A stretch of DNA of 33,060 nt from a bacterium (GTDB lineage: Bacteria; Zhuqueibacterota; Zhuqueibacteria; Oceanimicrobiales; Oceanimicrobiaceae). Positions 19,107 through 29,149 of the stretch are shown here, in pieces (the first letter of the stretch is position 1; each line of letters starts with the position of its first letter). Below the pieces are notes generated by a model, which saw only the letters and a list, made by a program, of their open reading frames with translations, ran no database searches and was not told where the DNA came from. The position numbers and the translations under genes are program-made. The stretch is from NCBI GenBank assembly GCA_046757025.1, contig JBHHXN010000048.1, positions 1 to 33,060 of the forward strand. Reading direction: 5' to 3'.

Positions 19107-19694
19107 ATGAATCTTATGGATCACGAAGAAAAAGCCTTGATCAAAGAAGCCCAGAGAGGCAATCTATTGGCGTTTGAATCGCTAGTTAAAAAATATGATC
19201 GACAGGTTCTGCAGCTTGTGTACAGTTTTGTGCAAAATACTCAGGACGCCCAGGACATTTACCAAGAGATATTCGTTCGCGTGTTTAAAAACATCCACCG
19301 CTTTCAATTTAAAAGCCAGTTTTCAACCTGGTTGTATCGAGTGGTGGTGAATTATTGCATAAACTTTAAGAAGCGCTTTAGCTACTCGAAACCACATTTT
19401 TCGTTGAATCATGCGCCGGAAGAGAGCGGAGAAACCTGGACGATCACCATCCAGGGGAAGGAATTGAATCCCGAGGACTCGTTGCTCAACCTGGAATTGT
19501 CCCGTGAGATCGAGTCAGCTTTGGAAACGTTATCTGATCGACAAAAAACCGTGTTCATTTTGCGGCACTATCACGGTCACAAACTCAGGGAAATTGCGGA
19601 AATAATGCACTGTTCAGAAGGGACTATAAAAAACTATCTGTTCCGTGCAACACAAAAAATGCAAAAGTTATTACATTCTTATGTACGATCCTGA
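19107..19694 (+). CDS. ECF RNA polymerase sigma factor
   Basis: AFESLVKKY, DAQDIYQEIFVR, FSTWLYRVVVNYC, EIAEIMHCSEGTIKNYLFRA. Start uncertain (19095/19107/19116). Confidence 0.95.
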   Translation: MNLMDHEEKALIKEAQRGNLLAFESLVKKYDRQVLQLVYSFVQNTQDAQDIYQEIFVRVFKNIHRFQFKSQFSTWLYRVVVNYCINFKKRFSYSKPHFSLNHAPEESGETWTITIQGKELNPEDSLLNLELSREIESALETLSDRQKTVFILRHYHGHKLREIAEIMHCSEGTIKNYLFRATQKMQKLLHSYVRS

Positions 19695-19716
19695 TTTAAC
19701 CTTTTAGGTGAGAGGA

Positions 19717-20676
19717 ATGAATTCAAATAAACATTTGGAAAAATGGCTTCCCCTCTACTTATACGATGAACTGCCTGCCGAAGAAAAAAAAGAGCTGGAG
19801 GTGCATTTACAATACTGCCAGCGTTGTCGTGGACAGTTAGATGAGATGCGCGCATTGCATGAAGCCCTCGACTGTAGAAAGCAAGGCCAGCCCACCGAAG
19901 CGGTTCTGATGGACCTACGCAAGGATTTGCGTGACCGTTTGCAGGTAGAACGGCGAAATCTCTTCCAGGAAACGTGGTGGCTTAAAATCCGAGACGCATT
20001 TCGGATAGAGCGGTTCGGCGTGCCATGGCTGGCCGCCGCGACCATTCTGATAATGGGATTTTTCCTCGGGCGTTTTAGCGGCTCTGGCGTAGAAAGGGAG
20101 AGCCGTTTACCGACGCAGGTGACGGCAAAATTCCCAGATGAACAATTTGCTCAACCTTTGATTTCCAATATCGATTTGATGCAGTATGATCCCGAATCGG
20201 GGAAGGTGACGGTGCGCTACAAGAGCGTGAACGACGTTTTTCTCGAGGGCAATATCCATGATGAATCCGTACGCAAGTTGTTGGTGCACGTGCTGCGCCG
20301 GGAGGATCACCCCGGACAACGTTTGACGGCGGTTAAAGCCTTTGGCGGTCAAAATACCGTGGACGCAGAAATCGAGCAGGCGCTGATTTATGCGGTCGAA
20401 CACGACCAAGTGGATGGCGTGCGCTTGAAAGCTGCGCGGGTTTTGAAGACGCTGCCCATCAATAATAATATCAAAGCGGTCTTTATCCGCGTGCTCCTGA
20501 AAGATTCCAACCCGGCCATTCGAATAGAAGCCGTGGACGCTTTGAGTAAATTGAAAAGCGAAAAAGATGTCGTACCGATTTTACAAGACGTTGCCCGAGA
20601 TGATGACAATGAATATATTCGGCTCAAATCTTCCAAATTGCTGGAGCGGCGTGAAAATCCATCAGCCGAGAGATAG
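19717..20676 (+). CDS. zinc-finger anti-sigma factor with TM helix and periplasmic HEAT repeats
   Basis: HLQYCQRC (HxxxCxxC ZAS motif), TM WLAAATILIMGFFLG, HEAT-like GVRLKAARVL / AIRIEAVDAL repeats. Start could be 19708. Confidence 0.85.
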   Translation: MNSNKHLEKWLPLYLYDELPAEEKKELEVHLQYCQRCRGQLDEMRALHEALDCRKQGQPTEAVLMDLRKDLRDRLQVERRNLFQETWWLKIRDAFRIERFGVPWLAAATILIMGFFLGRFSGSGVERESRLPTQVTAKFPDEQFAQPLISNIDLMQYDPESGKVTVRYKSVNDVFLEGNIHDESVRKLLVHVLRREDHPGQRLTAVKAFGGQNTVDAEIEQALIYAVEHDQVDGVRLKAARVLKTLPINNNIKAVFIRVLLKDSNPAIRIEAVDALSKLKSEKDVVPILQDVARDDDNEYIRLKSSKLLERRENPSAER

Positions 20677-20872
20677 AGGAACACAACGAACAAAAATAAT
20701 GAAAAAAAGGTACGACATAGAGCGGAACTTTCATGAATTATTTGTTTAAAATTCGAATAAAAGTGACTGTTAAACGCAGGAAAATTGATTGTCTTATCTG
20801 AGTGATAAATGTTAATCACTAATCAACAAACACAAACCCCATGAAAATGGAAAATAAAGGGAGAAACTTAGA

Positions 20873-22174
20873 ATGAAAATCAGGAAGGTTTATGCCAGAA
20901 ATTTGGTTGCTTTGGTTTTTCTTTTTTTCTGGATTTTAGGTAGCAGCTCGCCCACGATTTCCCAGGAAATCGTTAAAAAGGGTCGATATTTTGTGGCTGA
21001 AATCACTAAAAATTTTACCGTAAAACCGGGCGGGACGTTGCGAATTTATGACGTCCGCGGAGACGTACGCATCGAAACCTGGGCTCAAAATAAAGTCACC
21101 GCCAACGAAATTAAGAAAATGGATGTGTTCACGCGCGAAGAGGCGGAAACCGTTCTCAAAAAATCCGCCGCCAGTTATGAGCAGCGAGGAAACGTCGTCG
21201 AGATTGGCGGAGAATATCACAGCCGGGATTGGATCACCAGCACTTTTGAGGTGAAGGTGCCCAAAACGTTTAACGTGGATATTGAAACCCGCGGCGGAGA
21301 TTTAAGCGTGACCGATTTGATCGGCGATGTGGACTTAAAAACCTCCGGGGGCGATATCGACCTCGACGATATCGACGGCGAGATTGACGCGCGTACTTCC
21401 GGCGGGGATATCACGGTGATGAATTCTAAACAGCGGGTGAATCTGAAAACCTCCGGTGGAGATTTACGTCTGAAGAACATCGGCGGACCTTTGCTCGCCA
21501 AAACCTCCGGCGGCGATATCATCCTGACTCAATCTGAAGACAAAGTCGATTTGAACACCTCTGGCGGCGACATCGAAATTACAGACGCTGGCGGGACAGT
21601 GAAAGCCCATACTTCCGGTGGAGATATCGATGTGAACACGTCTCGCGGAGCGGTGGAGGTACACACTTCCGGCGGCGACCTTGTTCTCAGAAACATCGGC
21701 GGTTCGCTGGAGGCATCGACTTCCGGCGGCGACATCGAGGGGCGAAGCATCAAAGGAAATGCCGATGTGTCCACTTCCGGCGGTTCCATCAAGATGAAGG
21801 ATGTGCAGGGCGGCGTACGCGCCAAAACCGCCGGCGGCGACCTCGACGTTGAAATCACTTTGACCGATTTTGCTAAGGAACACGGGGTGTATATGCGCAC
21901 GGCAGGCGGGGAAATCAGTCTCACCATTCCAGAAAAATTGCCGGCCACCATTCGGGCGGTAATTGAGATTACCGACCGCTGGGAGGATTATAATATTTAT
22001 TCAGATTTCCCTTTAAAAATTTCAGAAGAAGCCGGCCGTGAACGGAGTGAACGCAGCCGACGCCGGCGCAGCCGAAGATTTATCGTCAGCGAAGGCGATA
22101 TCAACGGCGGCGGCGATATGATCGAATTGTTCACTACCAACGGCAACATTCAAATCAATAAATTGCGAAAATGA
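20873..22174 (+). CDS. DUF4097 family beta-strand-repeat exported protein
   Basis: Signal peptide followed by many T(S/A)GGD(I/L) repeats with ~19-aa period; ends LFTTNGNIQI. Confidence 0.9.
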   Translation: MKIRKVYARNLVALVFLFFWILGSSSPTISQEIVKKGRYFVAEITKNFTVKPGGTLRIYDVRGDVRIETWAQNKVTANEIKKMDVFTREEAETVLKKSAASYEQRGNVVEIGGEYHSRDWITSTFEVKVPKTFNVDIETRGGDLSVTDLIGDVDLKTSGGDIDLDDIDGEIDARTSGGDITVMNSKQRVNLKTSGGDLRLKNIGGPLLAKTSGGDIILTQSEDKVDLNTSGGDIEITDAGGTVKAHTSGGDIDVNTSRGAVEVHTSGGDLVLRNIGGSLEASTSGGDIEGRSIKGNADVSTSGGSIKMKDVQGGVRAKTAGGDLDVEITLTDFAKEHGVYMRTAGGEISLTIPEKLPATIRAVIEITDRWEDYNIYSDFPLKISEEAGRERSERSRRRRSRRFIVSEGDINGGGDMIELFTTNGNIQINKLRK

Positions 22175-22204
22175 CTTTCCTGGGAATTTGAGTTTTAGAC
22201 TGTT

Positions 22205-22334
22205 CCGGACACCCCCTGTGGTCCCCCACAAGGAGGACAAAAGGTTTCCTTCCTTGAAGGGGAATCAAAAGTCCCCCCCTTGAGGGCGAACCAAAAATTT
22301 CCCGCCTTGAGGGGGGATCAAGGGGGGTGTCTGG
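22205..22334. repeat. composite palindromic REP/MITE-like element
   Basis: Outer inverted repeat CCGGACACCCCC / GGGGGTGTCTGG enclosing three ~28-nt TTCCC.CCTTGA.GGG.GA units. Confidence 0.7.
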
Positions 22335-22428
22335 GCGTGCCGAAAAATTCCCCCACCATCAATTTATTAGCGATTAAAACACAACCGTAACGGACGGTAA
22401 AGTAAGCTGAGCTTTGGAGTAAAATGCG

Positions 22429-22454
22429 AAAGCCCGGATAAATTCCAGGGCTTT
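22429..22454. terminator. intrinsic terminator-like hairpin
   Basis: AAAGCCC-GG...CC-A-GGGCTTT between the convergent DUF4097 and PP2C genes. Confidence 0.55.
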
Positions 22455-22479
22455 GTTATTTTCTGTACAAAAAGCGGTG

Positions 22480-24864
22480 TTACTCCGTTATCTTTACCAC
22501 CACCATCGTCAGATCATCGTGCTGCGCAGAGCTGCCCGCAAATATGTTGATTTCGTTGGTGATTTGCTCCAGAATGTTCTGTGCGGTTCGTTCGGCGTTT
22601 TTGTGGACGATTTCACGCAGCCTTTTCTCGCCAAACTCATCGCCTTTTTTATTCATGGCTTCAGAAATGCCGTCCGTGAAAAAGATAAAAACATCTCCGG
22701 TCTCGATAGGTAAGCAGATTTCTTCTATGATATTTTTAAAAAGTGTGCCTTTTTCCAAGCCAATTGCCAGACCATTAGAATTTAACAACTGCGGATCATG
22801 CCCATTGCATTTATGAAATATGATGGGATTGTGGCCCGCACGAGCAAAAGTCAATGTGCTATTGGAAAGATCAAACAATCCATAAATCATACTGATGAAA
22901 ATTTCGTTGGGGGCGTTTTCGTAAAAAATCGAATTCATTTCTGTGAGCATTTTTTTAGGCGCCGGATTGGATTTGGTCAGAGTTTTGATGATGCCTTTCA
23001 CCATGGTCATGTAGAATGCCGCGGAAACCCCTTTACCCGCCACGTCCCCGATCACCACTCCCAGTGAATGATTGCCATTGAGAATAAAGTCATAATAATC
23101 GCCACCTACCTCCAGGGCGGGCCGGCATAAGCAGGCAATATCCAGTTTCGGTACCGACGGCACCGACTGCGGCAAGAACCGCATTTGCACGTTTCGGGCG
23201 ATTTCCAACTCTTTCAGGAATTGTTCGTGTTCAGCAATGCGACTGACGTATTCCGGCACATAATGTTCGAAATCTTCCACTGAATGTTTGCTGAAACAGA
23301 AATAAAGCCCTAAAAATAAAAAGCCCAGAACAAAGATGGCGGCTACAATCCCTGGCGGACTGATGAGCCCACCGGGTAAAATGTTGATGAACGAAAGTTC
23401 GATAAAAAAATTCACGATGAAAAGGGAAATCAGGATGCTGATGATATTTAATCTGAATGTGATAAAAGACCAGAAAACAGCCAGGGGCAGAAATAGAAAA
23501 AAGGCCAGATAAGTTGGGCGCAGATAATATAATTGCAATCCTGAAAAATTGATGAACAGCGCCACCAGCATGATCAGCAGAGTTTTGTTTTGTATTTTTG
23601 ATCGTAGGTACGCCACCCAGAATGAAAACAAGGTCATGCCGATAAACAGCATCGAAACTAATTTTCTGCAAATGGCAGAGACGACCGCCACGTTATTTCT
23701 AAATATCCAGAAGACATCGTCGTCGAAGGAAAGATAACCGATTTGGAGGTAGCTTGTGAGCCAGAATAAACCGCCAAATAGGATCAGAGTCAGCCCGGAT
23801 AAAAATAAGGCATCCAGTATGGCTTTACCAAATTCGCGAACTCTGAAAACACCGCGAAATAACACATCGCTCAAAGCCACCTGTTGCTTCCAGGTTTCTC
23901 GGTTAAGCGATTCAGTCACCGAAAAGACCACCAGGATGCCGAGCGCTGCAAACAGACCAGCGAAACCGCCGCCAAACAAAATACCTTCCCAGGAAGGCCA
24001 TTCTTCAATCGCCAGATAGCTCCACATCAATACAAACACCGCTATGGCCAGCCAGAAAGCTCGTTTAAATTCAAGCTCATCGTGTTTGAGACGTTTGAAA
24101 AAGACACTTACAATGAAAACGGTGATCATGCCCCAGAAGATGAACATGATCACCATGGCAGCCACTTCACTGGTTTTGTTGATTTCTGGAAAGCTGAAAT
24201 TGTCGAAATCCAGGGTCATGCGTGAGCGAAATTCGGTGATCTCCCGACCCGAAATTTTCACATCATATCGCTCTGTTAAAAACGAGGAAATAGCTGATGG
24301 CTTCCAGAAATAGAAATCATAATGTAAAACCCGGTCGTCTTTTCTGATGGTTTTGTTGCGCAGAGAAATGGTGGTGGTGTCCACATTTCGCAGATGCAGA
24401 AAATCTCTGGCCATCTGCAACGCGTCTTCTTCTTCCAGGTTGGGAGGTCGGATCAGGTAAGGGGCAAATTGCCCCATGCTCACGAGACGGCCGTTAAAAT
24501 CGTATCCCACCAGAAACTCAACGTGCTGCTTGCCTTCTTTTTTAGTGCTTAGTTCGCCTTCCCAGGTTACCTGCCACTGTCCGACTGGCACCTGGCCGTA
24601 GTACTTTTCGTCATTTAAATAGAGCTGCACAAAATGCAACAGTTTTTTATCGATATCCATCTGGATTTTCCGGGTCAAATCCAGGTCGGCCAGGTCGGAA
24701 TTGTTGAACTCTTTTTCTGCTTTGGCTAAAATTTCACTTTTTGGAATTTTTTGCTTGAAAAATTGCACAATCTGGGAGTTCGAAACCAGGCCGAAGTAGG
24801 CTGCCATCAGCATACAGCCGATGACGGCCAGAAAAATAGAAAGTTGTTTGTTCAGTCCGGACAT
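22480..24864 (-). CDS. multi-TM membrane-bound SpoIIE/RsbU-type PP2C serine phosphatase
   Basis: ELEIARNVQMRFLP, VGGDYYD, IGDVAGKG, RAGHNP, FTDGISE, QHDDLT; N-terminal periplasmic domain followed by many TM helices. Confidence 0.92.
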   Translation of the reverse strand: MSGLNKQLSIFLAVIGCMLMAAYFGLVSNSQIVQFFKQKIPKSEILAKAEKEFNNSDLADLDLTRKIQMDIDKKLLHFVQLYLNDEKYYGQVPVGQWQVTWEGELSTKKEGKQHVEFLVGYDFNGRLVSMGQFAPYLIRPPNLEEEDALQMARDFLHLRNVDTTTISLRNKTIRKDDRVLHYDFYFWKPSAISSFLTERYDVKISGREITEFRSRMTLDFDNFSFPEINKTSEVAAMVIMFIFWGMITVFIVSVFFKRLKHDELEFKRAFWLAIAVFVLMWSYLAIEEWPSWEGILFGGGFAGLFAALGILVVFSVTESLNRETWKQQVALSDVLFRGVFRVREFGKAILDALFLSGLTLILFGGLFWLTSYLQIGYLSFDDDVFWIFRNNVAVVSAICRKLVSMLFIGMTLFSFWVAYLRSKIQNKTLLIMLVALFINFSGLQLYYLRPTYLAFFLFLPLAVFWSFITFRLNIISILISLFIVNFFIELSFINILPGGLISPPGIVAAIFVLGFLFLGLYFCFSKHSVEDFEHYVPEYVSRIAEHEQFLKELEIARNVQMRFLPQSVPSVPKLDIACLCRPALEVGGDYYDFILNGNHSLGVVIGDVAGKGVSAAFYMTMVKGIIKTLTKSNPAPKKMLTEMNSIFYENAPNEIFISMIYGLFDLSNSTLTFARAGHNPIIFHKCNGHDPQLLNSNGLAIGLEKGTLFKNIIEEICLPIETGDVFIFFTDGISEAMNKKGDEFGEKRLREIVHKNAERTAQNILEQITNEINIFAGSSAQHDDLTMVVVKITE

Positions 24865-24876
24865 TTGGGGCTGGAA

Positions 24877-25443
24877 TTATTCCTTAAACGATTTGGTGAA
24901 TTCATAAAAACTATCTTTCCACCAGGCCACGGTTTTTTCGGGTCCCACCAGTTTGATAAAATAAGGACCGGCGCTGGTCTCGATGATGCTGGCTAACATT
25001 CGAAAGCCGGGCTTTTCTGTATGCGTACGCGCCAGGGGTCTGGTTTTAAACAGGTACGTGCCGGTTAAATCGATAATCGTTTGGTTTAAATTATTCACTT
25101 TGGTTTTTGTCACTCTGGCGACTTCTTCGGATGTGCGGCCGTCCGGCTGCGTGAACTGGGAATACCATCTTCTGATATTTGCCTCCACACCGCCGCCTTC
25201 GCCTTGAAAATAAAAAAGAATACAGGAAGCATCTTCGGGGTCGCCTTGCACTTTAGGCAATCTATATTGAGCTTTACGAAAGGGTGAATTTGAAGTTTCC
25301 TTGATCCAGCCGGCCGGCATAGTCCAGCTCACGACCCCGGACGATTCAAGAGATGGTGGTTCCGCATTTTGCTGTGTTGTTTTTTCAGTTTGTTCACTGC
25401 AAGCAGCAAAGAGGGCCAGCAGAGGTAAGATATATTTAATCAT
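24877..25443 (-). CDS. hypothetical lipoprotein
   Basis: Lipobox LFAA-C; motif GGGVEANIRRWYSQF, YFIKLVGP; AAGGAG SD. Confidence 0.8.
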   Translation of the reverse strand: MIKYILPLLALFAACSEQTEKTTQQNAEPPSLESSGVVSWTMPAGWIKETSNSPFRKAQYRLPKVQGDPEDASCILFYFQGEGGGVEANIRRWYSQFTQPDGRTSEEVARVTKTKVNNLNQTIIDLTGTYLFKTRPLARTHTEKPGFRMLASIIETSAGPYFIKLVGPEKTVAWWKDSFYEFTKSFKE

Positions 25444-25833
25444 TTGGTTAATGACTCCTTCATTTGAATGAATAAATTGATGATATGATTTTCAGCTCGA
25501 TGTTTTTTGTAAAAAGGTCCCTGAATGACTCAATGAATGCTACGCGTAAATACAAATGTTAAAACTAACTGGATGAATTTGAATACCTTTTAGACTGGAT
25601 AAATGAACGGCCATTTTTTAATTGACTCGGAGAATATAATCGAAATAGATGAAAAAAGCAACTCAGTTCAACACAGGTATAAAATAAAAATTGCCGATAG
25701 AATGCGGGAAATACGTACTGATTTGACGGGGTACACCGCAGAGGAGAACAGGTCGGAGACGGTCTTCGGACAACGCTCTCCCACGTAAAAAGTTAGGTTA
25801 AAGAAAAGTTCAGTCGGCTGCAAAATACGCTAT

Positions 25834-26424
25834 TTAGAACAAACCAAAAATGTATTTGGTGATGGCGTAAGAGGATGACAGCAGCAGCGAATTCATGCCC
25901 ACTTGCGAGCCGATGAGGGTGCCTAACAAAGGGGTCACGATCAAATCGACCCCGCTGGGAGGTTGTTTCCAGCCTTCCACGGTGTATTCAAACAAAGTGC
26001 TTTGAATCAGCGTGCCGGCGGCGCTGGCTTTGTGTGAGAAGCCGCGGTTTTTGTAAAAAGCATAAACACTGGCGCCCAGCAAGGGATGGCCGATGTAGTT
26101 GGTGATCCAACCGTCGCCGTCCGGAATTTCCGGCAGCGTGGCCATGTTTTTGAGCCAGCGTTTGAAATTTGAGCGTCGGATATCCCGCCCCAGTCCGCGA
26201 TTGATAGTGAAAACAAATCCCCACTGAATCGTGTACGAAAAAACCGAAGTCTTAAAGTAGCTGAGATGCTCGCCATTCCTGGCCAGCACTGAATTCAAAC
26301 GATAGGGACTGTAATTATTGTTTGAGGCCGGAGGATTGCACCATGCAGGCTCCAACGCAGAAAAAAACGTCAAACAAAGAAGGCTGAGTACAAGAAGAAA
26401 AATTGTTCTGTCCATAGAAATCAC
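25834..26424 (-). CDS. DUF3943-like membrane protein
   Basis: DGDGWITNYIGHPLLG..Y...RG, FEYTVEG...PSGVDLIVTPLLG motifs. Confidence 0.72.
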   Translation of the reverse strand: MISMDRTIFLLVLSLLCLTFFSALEPAWCNPPASNNNYSPYRLNSVLARNGEHLSYFKTSVFSYTIQWGFVFTINRGLGRDIRRSNFKRWLKNMATLPEIPDGDGWITNYIGHPLLGASVYAFYKNRGFSHKASAAGTLIQSTLFEYTVEGWKQPPSGVDLIVTPLLGTLIGSQVGMNSLLLSSSYAITKYIFGLF

Positions 26425-26934
26425 CCATGATTATTGAGGCAGTTTAATAAAATAACAACGCGATTGAAACATCACTTTGCGGTGGAGTTCAGATTGCTCA
26501 AGTATCTGTTTCCGGGAAGAAAGCAGAAAATCCGTTGGTCGTGGTCGATAGGATTATTAGATGAATCGCTCAACTTTTGTAATATAACAATTTTTATTTA
26601 AATTTAAAGAAAAATATTTATTTACCATAAAAACGGTTACATCTCTTTAATTAAATTCGGCAACAAAATGTGTAAAATAAATATAAAACCTGAAAATGGT
26701 TCGGTCTATTCGATTATTTTCGGCTCTTTTACTCTTGACAACTTGAGAAATATTTATTAACATATTGCACCGCAATTGGGCCCAATGACAACGATAAAGT
26801 GATTGAAGCATTAGACCCGCGAAAAATCGAACGTCTTGATGGTGGGTGAGGGCGCAATTGTCCGATTAGCTTGCACCCGGAATGACAAGCGGACAAGATT
26901 AAAATATTGATCAAAATTCAAAAGTATATCTGAA

Positions 26935-27399
26935 TTGCACCACCACTCAATCTACACCTTAGTTGAGAACGTCCGCAGTTTGTACAATGTCGGAGCGATT
27001 TTTCGAACGGCAGACGGCGCCGGTGTGGATAAAATATTTTTGACGGGCATTACCGGGCAGCCGCCTCAGCGGGAAATCCGAAAAGTGGCGCTGGGAGCGG
27101 AAGAATCGGTGCCCTGGGAGTACGCTCCAAAAAGTTTGCCGTTGCTCGAACAACTGAAATCACAAGGTGTTCAGATCGTGGTACTGGAAACGACGCCGAA
27201 CAGCCGGCCGTACTATGCAGTAAACTACACTTTGCCTTTGTGCCTGGTGGTGGGGCATGAATTTCACGGTGTGAGTCAGGAAGTCATAGACGCCGCAGAC
27301 TTGCTGGTGCAAATTCCCATGCAGGGAGTCAAAATATCCTTAAATGTAGCGGTTGCTTTCGGCATCGCTGTTTACGAAATAATTAAAACAAGCAAATAG
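26935..27399 (+). CDS. TrmH/SpoU family RNA methyltransferase
   Basis: ENVRSLYNVGAIFRTADG, VGHEFHGV, IPMQGVKISLNVAVAFG. TTG start uncertain. Confidence 0.88.
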   Translation: MHHHSIYTLVENVRSLYNVGAIFRTADGAGVDKIFLTGITGQPPQREIRKVALGAEESVPWEYAPKSLPLLEQLKSQGVQIVVLETTPNSRPYYAVNYTLPLCLVVGHEFHGVSQEVIDAADLLVQIPMQGVKISLNVAVAFGIAVYEIIKTSK

Positions 27400-27412
27400 A
27401 GGGGATACGGCC

Positions 27413-28135
27413 ATGTCAACATTTTCGACTATTTTACTGATCGCCATCGTAATTATTCTTGGGTTTGTGGGATATTATTATCTTGATAATATTGCCCCGC
27501 TGCAGAGCTCATTGAAAGAACAGCAGCTCAAAAATCAGGAGCTCATTTTTAAAGTTGAGCAACTGGAGCGTAAAAATGCCGACTTAGCACAGCAGCTGGA
27601 AGAAAAGATTCAGGAAATTTCCCAGGAAAAACAGGAAGAAATCAATAGATTAAAATTGACGTATGAGGATTTGATTTCCGAGCTAACTGAGCAGATCGAC
27701 AAAGGCGAAATCACCATTACCCGCCTGGCCGACCAGCTAAAAGTCAACATTGTCGATAGAATAATATTTCCATCGGGTAAAGCCGAGCTGAGTGAGGATG
27801 GCATCAAAGTGCTGAAACGAGTAGGTAATATTTTAAAAGAAGTCAAAGACAAACAAATAAGAGTGGAGGGCCACACCGACAATGTACCCATTCACCGCAA
27901 CCTGAAAGGTCTTTACCCCACCAATTGGGAGCTTTCTGTGGCCAGAGCGACCAACGTCGTGCGGTTTTTGCAGGAAGAAATCGGCATCGATGCCAGACAC
28001 CTGGAAGCGACCGGCTTGGCGGAGTTCAGACCGATTGCTTCCAATAAATCCCACAAGGGCCGGGCGCAAAATCGCCGTATTGAAATTTTACTTTTACCGC
28101 AACAGAAAAGTCAATCTAAATTAACAAAAAAATAA
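27413..28135 (+). CDS. OmpA/MotB family protein (N-terminal TM, coiled coil)
   Basis: FPSGKAEL, RVEGHTDNVPI, NWELSVARATNVV, NRRIEI. Confidence 0.9.
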   Translation: MSTFSTILLIAIVIILGFVGYYYLDNIAPLQSSLKEQQLKNQELIFKVEQLERKNADLAQQLEEKIQEISQEKQEEINRLKLTYEDLISELTEQIDKGEITITRLADQLKVNIVDRIIFPSGKAELSEDGIKVLKRVGNILKEVKDKQIRVEGHTDNVPIHRNLKGLYPTNWELSVARATNVVRFLQEEIGIDARHLEATGLAEFRPIASNKSHKGRAQNRRIEILLLPQQKSQSKLTKK

Positions 28136-28147
28136 CAGGAGATCGCT

Positions 28148-29149
28148 GTGGTAAATCAATGGAAGGTGGTACAGTTTGGCCTCGGCCCCATTGGCATCGA
28201 GGCGGCAAAATTGGTGATGAAAAAAAACAACTTGCAGCTGGTTGGCGGCGTCGATATCGCTCCCGAAAAGGTAGGAAGGGATTTAGGCGAGCTGCTGAAT
28301 TTGAATCAAAATCTGAACCTGCAGGTTTCGAACGATCCTGCAAATCTCTTTGCTGAAGTGAAACCGGATGTGGTTTTGCATTGCACCGGTTCATTTCTGA
28401 ACCGTGTGGAAGAGCAGCTGCGGCTTTGCATCGAAGCCGGCGTTTCCGTCGTGTCGTCCTGTGAGGAACTGTTTTATCCCTATCATCGCGACGCGGCATT
28501 TTGTGAGCGCATCCATGCGGCGGCGAAACATCATGACGTCACGGTGATGGCCACCGGCGTGAATCCGGGCTTTTCCATGGATGCTTTGGCGCTGGCCATG
28601 ACCAGTGTTTGCACCGAGGTCGAAAAAATACAGGTCACGCGCATCGTAGATGCTTCCAAACGCCGGCAGCCGCTGCAAAAGAAAGTGGGCGCCGGCCTGA
28701 ACGCGGATGATTTTAGAAAATTGGTGAATGACGGCAAATTGGGTCACATCGGTCTGGTGGAATCGCTGCTGGCAGTGGCAGATAAACTGGAATTTGACCT
28801 CGACGAGGTGCAGGAAAGCATCGATCCAAAAATCAGCGACAGAACGGTAGAAACGCCCTATTTGAAGGTGTCCGCTGGGGAAGTGGCTGGTATTTTGCAT
28901 GTAGCGCGCGGTCTGAAAAACGGCGACGAGCGCATCAAACTGGAGCTGCAAATGTACGTCGGAGCGGATGAGCCCATGGACTGTGTACAAATAGAGGGGA
29001 ATCCCCCCATCCATTTAAAAGTGGCTGGCGGCATTTTTGGCGACAGCGCCACCATCGCGCGCATGGTCAACGCGGCGCCAGTGGTGGCCGAAGGCGCCCC
29101 GGGCCTGAAAACCGTTCTGGATTTGCCCATGCCTTTTTGCATCCGATGA
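28148..29149 (+). CDS. dihydrodipicolinate reductase-like / Ord-like NAD(P)-dependent amine dehydrogenase family protein
   Basis: Rossmann QFGLGPIG, VVSSCEEL, TGVNPGF, GHIGLVES, GGIFGDSAT, APGLKTVLDLP. Confidence 0.82.
   Translation: MVNQWKVVQFGLGPIGIEAAKLVMKKNNLQLVGGVDIAPEKVGRDLGELLNLNQNLNLQVSNDPANLFAEVKPDVVLHCTGSFLNRVEEQLRLCIEAGVSVVSSCEELFYPYHRDAAFCERIHAAAKHHDVTVMATGVNPGFSMDALALAMTSVCTEVEKIQVTRIVDASKRRQPLQKKVGAGLNADDFRKLVNDGKLGHIGLVESLLAVADKLEFDLDEVQESIDPKISDRTVETPYLKVSAGEVAGILHVARGLKNGDERIKLELQMYVGADEPMDCVQIEGNPPIHLKVAGGIFGDSATIARMVNAAPVVAEGAPGLKTVLDLPMPFCIR

Noticed and set aside
21280..21910. Repeated ACxTCCGGCGGxGA DNA motif resembling an array
   Set aside because: It is the coding repeat TSGGD of the DUF4097 protein, in frame; not CRISPR.
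26799..26885. Third selenoprotein candidate (VIEALDPRKIERLDGG-UGA-GRNCP...)
   Set aside because: No SD or convincing start, the hairpin loop does not clearly start with G, and a second UGA follows soon after. Better treated as a structured RNA.
27413..28135. Flagellar stator motB
   Set aside because: No motA partner and no conserved TM Asp motif (W...Y.D); generic OmpA/MotB-domain protein.
28391..29014. 207-aa antisense ORF and similar overlapping ORFs throughout the window
   Set aside because: They lie opposite well-supported genes and have no recognisable motifs; codon-bias shadows.
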